The translations under genes were made by a program, and so were the position numbers. Below, piece by piece: positions 19,099 through 32,740 of a DNA stretch of 64,000 bases (position 1 is the stretch's first letter; every line of letters begins with the position of its first letter). A model generated the notes under the pieces. The model worked only from the letters and a program-made list of their open reading frames with translations, did no database searches and was not told the DNA's origin. This DNA is from Alphaproteobacteria bacterium (lineage in GTDB: Bacteria > Pseudomonadota > Alphaproteobacteria > Rhizobiales > JAKIUO01). The stretch covers positions 1,128 to 65,127 of the forward strand of contig JAJRQA010000047.1 in assembly GCA_024280475.1 (NCBI GenBank). Direction: 5' to 3'.

Positions 19099-20319
19099 AT
19101 GAACACAGTTTCTCGTCCCATTCGCGCTGGCACAATCCTCGCAGCGCTCGATATTGGCAGTAGCAAAATCGGCTGTCTGATCGTTGAGCTTGGCGCGTCT
19201 TCAAACTCTCCCTATTGCCTGGCCAATGCGCGTGTGCTCGGGGTCGGTTATCAACGCTCACGGGGGCTCAAAGGCGGCATTGTACTGGATCCAAGAGCGG
19301 TGGAGCACTCTATTCGCGGTGCTGTTGACAAGGCTGAGCGCCAGGCTGGGCGCTCGATTGACGAGCTATATGTCTCCATGAACACTGGCCGCATTCGATC
19401 TCAAAACTATGGGGTCATGCTGGAATTGGCCGGGGCAAAGATCAAGGCTTCTCATGTGGACAAGCTGTTGCGCAAGGGCTGGGATCATGTTGCCCATTCC
19501 CCTCAGGCCATCCTTCATGCCAGAAACACAGGGTTCGCCATCGACGGGGATATTGGCATTAAAAAACCTGAAGGGTTTTCGGGGCAGAATCTGTTTGCCG
19601 ATTTTCATGTAGTGAGCGCTGATCTGGCACCGATGCGACAGCTTTTGTCTTGTGTCGAAGATAGCTATTTGTCGCCGGTTTCGGTTGTCGCGGCCCCCTA
19701 TGCCAGCGCCCTTGCCACCATGCGTGCACGTGAGGCCAATGAGGGAGTGGCAATTATTGATCTGGGAGGCGGCACCAGTTCTTTGGCTGTCTTTGCAGGC
19801 GGTGAATTTATCTTTGCCAATTCAATCGCCAAGGGCGGGATCGCCATCAGCGCAGCTCTTTCTCGCCGCTTTGGTATGTCGTGGCGCGACGCCGAACGCC
19901 TAAAACTTCATATTGGCAAGAAGAGCGAGCATCGACAGGAATATCCCAAGGGCGCTGAATTGATCAAGCGCCAGCTCATTGGCATCTTTTTGCACCAAAA
20001 GAAAAAGATGATGCAGGCTGGTTTTGCTTTTGATGCGGCCAGAGTGATTGTGTTAACGGGCGGCGGGGCTTTGTTTCATGATGCTCCAAGCCTGGCTGCC
20101 GAGGTGTTTGGTAAGCCTGTGCGGGTCGGGGTGCCAGCAGCGGTATCGGGTATGCCGCCTCAGCTTGTCAATCCGGCTTTTTCAGCCCTGTGGGGCATCA
20201 TCGCATCGCAAAACATCGCCCATGAGGAGCTCGCGACACGCTTTGCCGGGTCACTTGGTCATCGTTCTGGTGGATCCCTGGCGCGATTTGGCAATTGGTT
20301 AAGTCATCTGGCTGATTGA
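19099..20319 (+). CDS. ftsA: cell division protein FtsA
   Basis: ATG at 19099 with GAGGGGA upstream; the track ORF extends to 19009 inside ftsQ. Actin-like motifs ALDIGSSKI and IDLGGGTS. Confidence 0.85.
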   Translation: MNTVSRPIRAGTILAALDIGSSKIGCLIVELGASSNSPYCLANARVLGVGYQRSRGLKGGIVLDPRAVEHSIRGAVDKAERQAGRSIDELYVSMNTGRIRSQNYGVMLELAGAKIKASHVDKLLRKGWDHVAHSPQAILHARNTGFAIDGDIGIKKPEGFSGQNLFADFHVVSADLAPMRQLLSCVEDSYLSPVSVVAAPYASALATMRAREANEGVAIIDLGGGTSSLAVFAGGEFIFANSIAKGGIAISAALSRRFGMSWRDAERLKLHIGKKSEHRQEYPKGAELIKRQLIGIFLHQKKKMMQAGFAFDAARVIVLTGGGALFHDAPSLAAEVFGKPVRVGVPAAVSGMPPQLVNPAFSALWGIIASQNIAHEELATRFAGSLGHRSGGSLARFGNWLSHLAD

Positions 20320-20490
20320 TCTGATCAGGAAAGCAGGGCAGGTCAAGCTGCTACGTCTTAAAAAAAATTCTATAAATCAGCTTTTTGTTCATCAGTCGGT
20401 AACCGTGATGTGGGCATAGTGGCGGATAGATAGTTACTCTTTATCGTAAATATAAAGAGATTTGTAAGCGTAACAGGAGTATGGACCGCG

Positions 20491-22014
20491 ATGACGATCC
20501 ATTTGAAAACCCCAGACCTTGAAGGTCTTACCCCCAAAATCGCTGTGATTGGCGTCGGGGGAGCCGGTGGTAATGCGGTCAATAATATGATCGCTGCGAA
20601 ATTGCATGGCGTCAGCTTTGTGGCGGCCAATACCGATGCACAGGCCCTTGTTCATTCCAATGCCGAAACGAAAATTCAACTAGGTGCAGCAATCACCGAG
20701 GGACTTGGAGCTGGCTCGAAGCCAGAAATTGGCGCGGCTGCAGCCGAAGAGAGTATCGAAGAAATCCGCTCCCATCTCAAAGGCCTGCATATGGTGTTTA
20801 TCACTGCTGGCATGGGCGGTGGCACCGGCACAGGGGCGGCGCCCGTTATTGCGGCTGCTGCACGTGCAGAAGGGGTGTTGACCGTTGGTGTGGTCACCAA
20901 GCCGTTCCATTTTGAGGGTCAAAGGCGCATGCGCTCGGCCGAATTTGGTGTTGAACTGCTTTCTGAACAAGTTGATACGCTTATCGTTATTCCCAATCAG
21001 AACCTGTTCCGGGTCGCGGTTATGAAGACGACTTTTTCCGAAGCGTTCGCAATGGCCGATCAGGTACTGCATGATGGTATCTCCTGCATCACTGATGTCA
21101 TGGTCAAGGAAGGCATCATCAATCTTGATTTCGCCGATGTGAACCTCATTATGCGTGCCAGTGGCAAGGCCATCATGGGTACCGGTGAAGCCAATGGTGA
21201 AAATCGTGGCCGCGAAGCCGCCGATGCGGCGATCAGCAATCCCTTGCTCGATGATGTTTCTCTGGAAGGGGCGAACGGTCTGTTGGTATCGATCATTGGT
21301 GGCCGTGAAGACCTCACTCTCTATGAGGTTGATGAAGCGGCCAACCGCGTACGCGAAGAAGTGGCGTCCAATGCCAATATTTTTATTGGCACTGCCTTTG
21401 ATGAAACGCTGAATGGTTCCATCAAGGTCTCTGTTGTGGCGACGGGCCTTGATGAAGCCGCGCAACGAGTTGCATCAGCCAATCTGCAACCTGAACCCGC
21501 ACGAGCCGCTGAGCCGGTCGGTCATGAGGGCAGTCTTCAAGACCGCCTTGGCTCAATCAATCCGGCGCAAGTAGCAAGCACTTTAGCACCTGGCCAGCCA
21601 CGTAGCCCGGCAGGCTCACCTGTTTCGTCGGTGGGTTTTGATGACCAAACAGTCCGCATGCCAACGATTGACGATTTTCCGCCAGTCGGCCAGGCGTTAT
21701 TGCGTGAGCGTGCAGAGGGCCATTTGAACGCAAATGTTGCTCCCGGGCTTGTGGCCCATAAAAACAGTGTGGGATTCCTTGATCGTCTCGCTAGCTTGCT
21801 CTCAGGAAGGCGTGCACAAGACATCGCAAGTCAAACTGTTGCGCAACAGCCACAACTAAAAGTTCAATCTGCGCGTGGTTTGTCGAGTGGTTCAGGGGCC
21901 TTTATCGACCCTCATGCCAAGGGAGCGGCTCTTTCATCGCATGCAATGAGTAATAATTCATATGCTGACGAAAATGAAGAAGCTACTGAATTTCCATCGT
22001 TTTTAAGGAAATAA
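20491..22014 (+). CDS. ftsZ: cell division protein FtsZ
   Basis: Tubulin signature [13 protein letters not shown], a long disordered linker, and a C-terminal conserved peptide EFPSFLRK. Confidence 0.95.
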   Translation: MTIHLKTPDLEGLTPKIAVIGVGGAGGNAVNNMIAAKLHGVSFVAANTDAQALVHSNAETKIQLGAAITEGLGAGSKPEIGAAAAEESIEEIRSHLKGLHMVFITAGMGGGTGTGAAPVIAAAARAEGVLTVGVVTKPFHFEGQRRMRSAEFGVELLSEQVDTLIVIPNQNLFRVAVMKTTFSEAFAMADQVLHDGISCITDVMVKEGIINLDFADVNLIMRASGKAIMGTGEANGENRGREAADAAISNPLLDDVSLEGANGLLVSIIGGREDLTLYEVDEAANRVREEVASNANIFIGTAFDETLNGSIKVSVVATGLDEAAQRVASANLQPEPARAAEPVGHEGSLQDRLGSINPAQVASTLAPGQPRSPAGSPVSSVGFDDQTVRMPTIDDFPPVGQALLRERAEGHLNANVAPGLVAHKNSVGFLDRLASLLSGRRAQDIASQTVAQQPQLKVQSARGLSSGSGAFIDPHAKGAALSSHAMSNNSYADENEEATEFPSFLRK

Positions 22015-22070
22015 TGCCGATTCATACAGGCGATCATAGATCGTCTGAAGTAAATTTTTAGCGTTTTTAT

Positions 22071-22115
22071 GCCACTGTTTCTTCGTGCCAGGGAGAAGCA
22101 GTGGCTTTGTTTGTT
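22071..22115 (+). terminator. putative rho-independent terminator after ftsZ
   Basis: GCCACTG..CTTC / GAAG CAGTGGC interrupted stem, followed by TTTGTTTGTT. Confidence 0.55.
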
Positions 22116-22340
22116 ACACATTGCGTAACACAGCGTAAGAAAGCGTGATTTGGCCTTTTTCAATGTCGTGCGTAATCTGCAAACCAAGGTTGGATCAAAA
22201 ATTGATTCGGTGTTGGACAAGAAAGCTAAGCGTGGGACCTCTGCAGTTTCTAGTCTGACATTCCAAATAATAGGAAACCTTTGCATCGGGGGGGTAGGAA
22301 AGAATATTCCTGCCCAGGTTCAAAAAGGAAACGGGAAAAA

Positions 22341-23294
22341 ATGACTCATAATATAATGAGCGTCCGGCAGACCACTATCAGGCAAAATACGACATTAAAA
22401 GGTATTGGTGTTCATAGTGGCTCACCTGTGACTTTGCTGTTATCTCCGTCGGATCCAGATACTGGCATTCAATTTATCATTACCAAAAACGGCCAGACCA
22501 TTGCTGAGATCAAGGCAGTGAGTGATGCCGTCAAAAACGTGACCCTTTGTACAATTATCGGAGATGAATATGGCGCGATAGCCGCGACAGTTGAACATCT
22601 CGTATCCGCCATTCGTGGACTGGGTATTGATAATATCGTTATAGAGATGGAAAGCGGCGAAGTCCCGATCATGGATGGTAGCGCTGGCCCGTTTGTTGAT
22701 GTTTTGCTGGAAAGCGGCATTAAAGAGCAATTGGCCCCTCGTCGTTATCTCAAAGTATTGAAAACCATTCGGGTCGAGGAAGATGGCGCTTATGCCGAAT
22801 TGCGTCCCCATGATGGTTTCCACATTGATGTTACGATCGATTTTGAATCGGAATTGATCGGTAAACAGCAAATTGCTCTGGAAGTGACACCAGAAACTTA
22901 TGCTGTTGATCTGGCACGGGCCAGAACCTTTGGTTTCATGAAAGATGTTGAGCAGTTATGGGCGGCAGGTCGGGCACTTGGAGCCTCACTTGAAAATACC
23001 ATTGCTCTTGGTGATAGCGAAATCCTCAACCCTGAAGGGCTGCGTTTTTCTAATGAGTTTGTTCGCCATAAAGCCATGGATGCAGTTGGTGATCTGGCTT
23101 TGGCTGGTGCGCCATTGCTGGCATCTTATAAATCAGTACGCGGCGGGCATAGCCTGAACTTCAAGGCCGTTGAAACCCTGCTGGCTGATGCCAGCGCATG
23201 GACCTATGTTGAAGCTCCACGCTCTCGTCAATACGCTCATGCCGAAATGGGCCAGGGTCTTGCTGCTGCAAATTTTGCAGCCATAAAGAATTGA
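22341..23294 (+). CDS. lpxC: UDP-3-O-acyl-N-acetylglucosamine deacetylase
   Basis: ATG at 22341; the track ORF starts at 22281. LKGIGVHSG and FVRHKAMDAVGDL motifs. Confidence 0.9.
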   Translation: MTHNIMSVRQTTIRQNTTLKGIGVHSGSPVTLLLSPSDPDTGIQFIITKNGQTIAEIKAVSDAVKNVTLCTIIGDEYGAIAATVEHLVSAIRGLGIDNIVIEMESGEVPIMDGSAGPFVDVLLESGIKEQLAPRRYLKVLKTIRVEEDGAYAELRPHDGFHIDVTIDFESELIGKQQIALEVTPETYAVDLARARTFGFMKDVEQLWAAGRALGASLENTIALGDSEILNPEGLRFSNEFVRHKAMDAVGDLALAGAPLLASYKSVRGGHSLNFKAVETLLADASAWTYVEAPRSRQYAHAEMGQGLAAANFAAIKN

Positions 23295-23318
23295 TTGTCC
23301 CCAATCAAGCAACTAGAG

Positions 23319-23355
23319 ACCCGTCTGTCATTTTTGGCAGGCGGGTAATTTTTTT
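23319..23355 (+). terminator. rho-independent terminator after lpxC
   Basis: Stem ACCCGTCTG / CAGGCGGGT (9 bp, one G-U) with a 10-nt loop, followed by AATTTTTTT. Confidence 0.65.
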
Positions 23356-23456
23356 ACGACAATTGGCAATTGATTTGCAGTAGTCGAGAATACGGGCTTA
23401 AAAACAACATATTCCCCCGCACAATGAGCTTAGATATGGTGATTTTGGCGGTGTCG

Positions 23457-23504
23457 CCCGTTTAGAAGGCCCCCCGTTTAGAAGGCCCCCCGTTTAGAAG
23501 GCCC
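23457..23504. repeat. three perfect tandem copies of the 16-bp unit CCCGTTTAGAAGGCCC
   Basis: Read directly: units at 23457-23472, 23473-23488 and 23489-23504 are identical. Intergenic between lpxC and bamD, and followed by a G8 run at 23526-23533. Confidence 0.9.
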
Positions 23505-23618
23505 AATGATTAGGGGGCTTTGGTTGGGGGGGGCGAAGAATAATCTGCGTATTGGATGGTTTAGCGTTTTCCATGAATGATATTTGGGGCTTTAAAAGAC
23601 TTGAGGCAAAACAAAAAT

Positions 23619-24518
23619 ATGCTTAGCCTGCCTATTATGAAAATATCAAAGTTCAAAAAACACCAGTTAACCGTCTGCGGGCTGTTTCTTGGTATGAGCA
23701 TTGCCTTGGCGGGCTGTGGTTCGTCCTTGCCATCGTTTGGCAACCTGCTGGAAGACAAGTCGGTACCAAAGGATGTCACCGGTACTCCTGAGGAGCTTTA
23801 TCGCCTTGGAGACGCTCGCTTGACGTCTGGAAATTATCCTGTTGCCGTTAAATATTTTGAAGAAGTCGATCGCCAGCATCCTTATTCGCCATTGGCCAGG
23901 CGGGCCATTGTGATGGCCTCTTTCGCTCATTATAAAGATGGCAAATATCCAGAAGCCATTGCTGGCGCCAAGCGCTATGTCACACTGCATCCTGGCACGA
24001 AGGAAGCAGCGCTTGCGCAATATATTGTCTCCAGCTCCTATTTTGATCGTATTAAAAATCCGAACAATGACCAGACAGCGACCAAAAAAGCACTGCAAGA
24101 GCTCAATGTTCTGGTCCGGCGCTATCCCAATAGCCGCTATGTTCCAAAAGTCAAAAATCGCATTAAGATTGCTGTCGATGTGTTGGCCGCACATGAAATG
24201 CAAGTCGGGCGTTATTATCTCAAGAACAATAATTATCTGGCAGCCATTAATCGTTTTAAGACCGTTGTGCGTTCTTATCAGACGACCAAGCATGTGGAAG
24301 AGGGCCTGGCACGCCTCACTGAGGCCTATATGGCCATGGGTATTACCAATGAAGCACAAAGCGCCGCCGCTATTCTTGGCCATAACTTTCCCAGTTCAAA
24401 ATGGTATCATGACAGCTACGCGCTGCTGAAATCAGGAGGGTTGGCCCCTCGTGAGCACAAGGGATCGTGGATCTCGCGCACATGGAAAACGGTGACCAAG
24501 ACCGTTTTGCCGGGCTAG
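23619..24518 (+). CDS. bamD: outer membrane protein assembly factor BamD
   Basis: Lipoprotein signal with lipobox LAGC (LFLGMSIALAGCGSS) and a TPR-like body (YPVAVKYFEEV.., YYLKNNNYLAAINRF). The start is uncertain among 23577, 23619 and 23637. Confidence 0.8.
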   Translation: MLSLPIMKISKFKKHQLTVCGLFLGMSIALAGCGSSLPSFGNLLEDKSVPKDVTGTPEELYRLGDARLTSGNYPVAVKYFEEVDRQHPYSPLARRAIVMASFAHYKDGKYPEAIAGAKRYVTLHPGTKEAALAQYIVSSSYFDRIKNPNNDQTATKKALQELNVLVRRYPNSRYVPKVKNRIKIAVDVLAAHEMQVGRYYLKNNNYLAAINRFKTVVRSYQTTKHVEEGLARLTEAYMAMGITNEAQSAAAILGHNFPSSKWYHDSYALLKSGGLAPREHKGSWISRTWKTVTKTVLPG

Positions 24519-24642
24519 CCTGGATCTTTGATTGGCGTGGCGATCTTGTCTTTTCAATACACAGCCGTGTTTAAAAATGCTTGCGTCATAGCGAGATTGC
24601 AGCCCATATGAGGATGACGATTTTAGCCAAGCGAGGGCGGGG

Positions 24643-28454
<3,812 letters not shown>

Positions 28455-28459
28455 GTTGG

Positions 28460-28723
28460 CTAGAAGCGGGGCAGGAATGGCACGCTGTCAAGGGTAATGT
28501 CGGGTGACACATAGGCCCAATGGGCAACGGCAAACAGCACGCACGAAATGGCTGTTGTAATGAGCATTGTCCTCAATAGATGAGGGTTGGCCGGCGCACT
28601 TTCCGCGGTTCCTGGAACAATGGACTGTTCCTCTTGCTGGGTCTTGATGCCAAACGGCATGACCGCAAACAAGGTGATCCACCAAATAACAAAAAAGATA
28701 CCAAATGCGAGTGGCAAGGCCAT
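28460..28723 (-). CDS. DUF1467 family membrane protein
   Basis: 87 aa. FVIWWITLFAVMPFGIKTQ..VPGTAESAPANP is the typical alphaproteobacterial DUF1467 pattern. Confidence 0.7.
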   Translation of the reverse strand: MALPLAFGIFFVIWWITLFAVMPFGIKTQQEEQSIVPGTAESAPANPHLLRTMLITTAISCVLFAVAHWAYVSPDITLDSVPFLPRF

Positions 28724-28807
28724 AATCTGTGTTCCTTAGCAACAATGAGCAGCGATATTCATAGCGGGGTAGGGAGTCCTTGTCTATGGGCTGATTTACG
28801 CAGTGCA

Positions 28808-31800
28808 TTAATTGGCGTTTCCAAGGTTTTGACCAAAGGGGGACCAGTTAGGCGGTCTATTTTGCGCGGGCGGCACATTTTGATCTATGGGCGTTTCACC
28901 ATCTTCAAGGGCTTTGAGTTTTTCTTTTTCGGCTTCTTGTTCTTCGCGTCGCGCTTTGGCCATGGCTCGATGTTCGGCGGCTTTTCTGGCAAATTCTTCA
29001 TCCCGTTTATGCAGTTTTTCGAGCAAGTTCACATCATGCTCCATCTTCATAACTTTGAGATGTTGTTCTAACGATGCGGTGTCAATATTGGGTGTAATGG
29101 CGTCGAGCTTGTTGAGAGAGCCCTCATACAATACGCTGGCAGCGGGTAGATTGGCATATTTTGCCTGTTGCAATGGCGAGATTGTCAAGCGGGAATGGGT
29201 GGTCATGGAGGCCAGTACGAGACTGGCGTTAAGGTCGAGTTTGGCTTGGTTTTTAGAGGTGTGAGTGGTTTTTAAACTGGCGGTGCCATCGGAGATAATA
29301 ATATCTGCGGAAAGCGAGGGAATATCGAAATCTGCATGCAGTAAATGGCGCCTGAAACGTTCTTTAAACGGCGATTGGTCTTCGGATTGGTTCCACACAG
29401 CAAGCTCATCATCGACAATATCGGTTAAGGCTGACGAAGAGAACCGATTTAATTTCGCGCGCACAAACTCAACCTTGCCTTTGCCATTCATCAGTGAAAA
29501 CAGGCCCGCTGGACCAAATCCACGCCCGTTAAAATTCAGATCGAGGGACATGATCCCCGTCGCGATCGGACTGTTATCAACGTTCAGTGGCAATTGTGCG
29601 ATGGAGGCTTTCTTGATGGCCAGCTTACCGTTTAATGTGGCAAGGGTGGTCGACAGATCCAACTCTCCCGCCGCGTTGATGTGCCCTCCCCAAAGTTTAC
29701 CAGCAAGGTTTTTCAGTATAATTTTGCGATCCTTGATCGTTGCCGACAGATCGCCCTTTTGCAATATTATACTGTCGCTAATGGACAGCGTGTCAGCCGT
29801 GACGAGGATTTTGGCATTTATCCCGCGCAGTAGATCAGCATTAAAGCGTCTGCTGGTCATTAACGGTTTTAGCGCCCCGACTTCGCCGCGTACATTGTCA
29901 GTCAGTCGGCGAGCGGCTTCCAGAGAGTTTGGGTCACCGCTGTCATTTGTTGAAAGCGGTTGTTCGAGCACTGGTGAAAATAGCGTTGGAATATGTAGCG
30001 CACTTGTCAAGATCACCAGATCCAGATTTTTTTCTTTCGCCCCAAGATTTAGGGTGGCACGGCCTTCTACTTCTGATGAGGCAACTGCCCCTTGTATCTG
30101 CGAGAATTTGTAAGAGCGATTTTTTTTATGGAGGGTGGCAGTAAGGTCAAGCGCGCCCGATAAATTCTTATCGCGGCTGTCAATGCCAATTAGCGCAAGC
30201 CCCGATGAGATGTCTTTGGCTTGTAGGCGTGTTTTACCTGCAAAGCTCCAGTGGTCCTGTTGCCATCCCAAAAGCCCGTCAAAGCCTCCTGTGATCCTTG
30301 AAGAACCAAACTCAATGCGGCTTTTTAGACCTTTTTGCGGGCTACCAGCCGAACTGAACCAGATACGAGCCTTGCCGATTTCTTGTAATCGGGCGGGATC
30401 AACAGGCAGATAAGGGATAATCTGAGTGAGCAGCACGCGTCCATCTTTATTGGTGATGGTTCCTGAAAGCTCTAATTGATCAATCTTGCGTTGCGCATCC
30501 AGAGAAAACAGATTGGTGCCACGCACCCGGTTATCGAGGGAAATATGGCTTGTGCCAGCGATACCATTGACCCGAATATCGGCGCTGTCTCCCGTGTCAG
30601 AATTGGCTTGGAGCATAATGGCAATACGTAATGGCAGTAGGGAAGTGGACTGGCTCTTAGTCAAAAGAGCGCCACTATCTGGCATAAACCAGGAGCTGAA
30701 CTGCTGTAATTCTTCTTGTTCTCCAATATTGATGGTGGCGGTCAAAGTGCCGCCTGGGGTCTTGTCCAAATTGTTGATACTGCCATCGGCCTCGACACGC
30801 AGACCCTTTTGAGAGCGCAGCGATAATTGTGTGATTTGCAGGCGTTTTTCGCCAAAATACAAATCGGCCACGAGATCTCGGCCATCAAAATCCTCCAACA
30901 GCAAGCGCCCTGCGCGCAATTGAAGCCTTAGATTATTGTCTTTTGCGAGCGCCCCTAATCCAGAATTTGGTGCGGGGGAATTGCTGGCTTTCGCTTGCTC
31001 ACCGGGTTTCTTGGTTTTTGATGGGTTCAGCAGACTATCAATGAGTTCGCGCATGGCGACAGGGCGGCCAACAAGTGCCGTCGAGTTGATCTCGCTGGTT
31101 GTGAGTTTCAGCTCAATTTCGCCGCGCTGTGTCTTGACTGGTGTGAAGCGGGGGGCGCGGTGAGAAATTTTGCCGGTAAAAGAGGTACCCGCTATATCGC
31201 CACGAACGGAATTCAGCGCCCAGATATCAGATCCAAATAGCACATTGCCGCGCATCGTAAATGGGTGAGAGCGTATGGCACTTATACCGCCATCCAATTT
31301 CGTGCCAGCCATCCAGGTGACGAGATGGCCCAGACTCTGGCCGCGTATCAGGGCTTTGCCTTTAAACAAGGAGCCGTTCGCGCGTTCTTCAAAACGTCCC
31401 GCGATGACGACCGCATTATTACCGGGCAAGCTGGCGTTAAATTTCTTGATCTGCAACTGTTTGCCGGTTTGTTGCAAGGTGATCTGCAAGTCTTGAATGA
31501 GGTCGCCGTTTAGTTTTATCTGGTTGATATTGACGTGGAATTGACCGCTATCGAGATTGGCCGCATTGGCTTGTTTCTGGACGCCTGCAAACAGATTGGC
31601 GACCACTTCTTTCAAGGAATTGCCAACCTGCATGCCATCTTTCAAATGATCAATATCGATCAATCTGGCGCTGAGATTGCCGTTGATATCTATAAGTCCC
31701 TTGTCCCAGGAAAGACGCCCTTTGCCAGTCAGGACCTGGGGGCGGTTCTTGTGCACGATGGTGACGAGAATTTTGTCAAACAAGGCGCGGTCAGTATTGG

Positions 31801-32680
31801 CATTGATCGATGTCTTAACTTCGATGGGCCGCACCCTGTTTTTGCTGTTAGCTGCTTTGCCTGCCGGTTTCATCTGATTTTTTGGTGCTTTGAAAAAAGG
31901 GAAACTCCCGGAGATAACGCCGTTGAGAGTAGGTTGACTTCGTAGCTGCAGGATCGAGCCATCAAAGGCGTAGCGATACCCCTTGGTGGGAGAGCGCAAA
32001 ATGCCTTTGACACGCATCTGTTCTTTGTCGTCTATGCTGCCCGTCGAAACGCGCAAAACCTGCTGCGTATCTCCCTTGCCGATTGTGCCATCAAACTTGA
32101 ACGGGCCTTTGAGCGAGCCGGCGGAAAAACCACCGTTCAGGGCGCGTATAATGCGGCCGCGTTTTTTCTCAACACCGTTACCTGCCGTTTTGGTGCTGAC
32201 CTCGACGGTGCCATCAACAATAGTCATGGATTGCAAGGATATGGCTGTCGGTGTGAAAGGCAATGAGGGGGCTGATGCCGGTTTTCTGGCCCAGTTGCTC
32301 TTGCCGCTTGCATCCATCGCAAAGCGCAGATGCGGTTTGACAATGACGATTTCCTGTACTTCTACGACGCCGCGTAGCAAGGGCGGCGCGGATAGCCATA
32401 ATCTGAAGGCCCGAGCTTCCAGTAAAGAGGGAATGGGTTCGTTGCCGTTGGCTGGATCGTGCGCTGCGTCAATGCTGATTTGTTCCAGTTGCAGATAGGG
32501 GGCTGGCAACAGTCGCAAATGGACATCGCCGGTGACTGTCAATTTGTGGCCGATGAGTTTTGACGCCTGCGCCTCTATTTCACTTTTATATTGATTCCAG
32601 TCGATAAAATAGGGAGCCGTCAGCACTGTCACGAGCGCAGCAATAAACAAGCCGAGCAGAAGTTGCAGAAGATTATTCAC
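28808..32680 (-). CDS. AsmA-family large envelope protein
   Basis: 1290 aa, GTG start. N-terminal TM plus AsmA-like start (APYFIDWNQYKSEIEAQASKLIGHKLTVTGDVHLRLLPAPYLQLEQISI), a long beta-rich body, and a charged helical C-terminal tail. Confidence 0.75.
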   Translation of the reverse strand: MNNLLQLLLGLFIAALVTVLTAPYFIDWNQYKSEIEAQASKLIGHKLTVTGDVHLRLLPAPYLQLEQISIDAAHDPANGNEPIPSLLEARAFRLWLSAPPLLRGVVEVQEIVIVKPHLRFAMDASGKSNWARKPASAPSLPFTPTAISLQSMTIVDGTVEVSTKTAGNGVEKKRGRIIRALNGGFSAGSLKGPFKFDGTIGKGDTQQVLRVSTGSIDDKEQMRVKGILRSPTKGYRYAFDGSILQLRSQPTLNGVISGSFPFFKAPKNQMKPAGKAANSKNRVRPIEVKTSINANTDRALFDKILVTIVHKNRPQVLTGKGRLSWDKGLIDINGNLSARLIDIDHLKDGMQVGNSLKEVVANLFAGVQKQANAANLDSGQFHVNINQIKLNGDLIQDLQITLQQTGKQLQIKKFNASLPGNNAVVIAGRFEERANGSLFKGKALIRGQSLGHLVTWMAGTKLDGGISAIRSHPFTMRGNVLFGSDIWALNSVRGDIAGTSFTGKISHRAPRFTPVKTQRGEIELKLTTSEINSTALVGRPVAMRELIDSLLNPSKTKKPGEQAKASNSPAPNSGLGALAKDNNLRLQLRAGRLLLEDFDGRDLVADLYFGEKRLQITQLSLRSQKGLRVEADGSINNLDKTPGGTLTATINIGEQEELQQFSSWFMPDSGALLTKSQSTSLLPLRIAIMLQANSDTGDSADIRVNGIAGTSHISLDNRVRGTNLFSLDAQRKIDQLELSGTITNKDGRVLLTQIIPYLPVDPARLQEIGKARIWFSSAGSPQKGLKSRIEFGSSRITGGFDGLLGWQQDHWSFAGKTRLQAKDISSGLALIGIDSRDKNLSGALDLTATLHKKNRSYKFSQIQGAVASSEVEGRATLNLGAKEKNLDLVILTSALHIPTLFSPVLEQPLSTNDSGDPNSLEAARRLTDNVRGEVGALKPLMTSRRFNADLLRGINAKILVTADTLSISDSIILQKGDLSATIKDRKIILKNLAGKLWGGHINAAGELDLSTTLATLNGKLAIKKASIAQLPLNVDNSPIATGIMSLDLNFNGRGFGPAGLFSLMNGKGKVEFVRAKLNRFSSSALTDIVDDELAVWNQSEDQSPFKERFRRHLLHADFDIPSLSADIIISDGTASLKTTHTSKNQAKLDLNASLVLASMTTHSRLTISPLQQAKYANLPAASVLYEGSLNKLDAITPNIDTASLEQHLKVMKMEHDVNLLEKLHKRDEEFARKAAEHRAMAKARREEQEAEKEKLKALEDGETPIDQNVPPAQNRPPNWSPFGQNLGNAN

Positions 32681-32740
32681 CCATCGTTCCGATCATATAA
32701 GGGCCCTTTGTCTATTCTAGCACATTAATCAGGCCATGAC

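Noticed and set aside
23457-23504. The tandem 16-bp repeat as a CRISPR array.
   Set aside because: The units are directly adjacent with no spacers, and 16 bp is too short. No cas genes are in the window.
24519-24642. LexA/SOS box upstream of recN.
   Set aside because: No GTTC-N7-GTTC or GAAC-N7-GAAC (alphaproteobacterial type) or CTGT-N8-ACAG motif was found. The nearest candidate, TTGT-N11-ACAG, has the wrong spacing.
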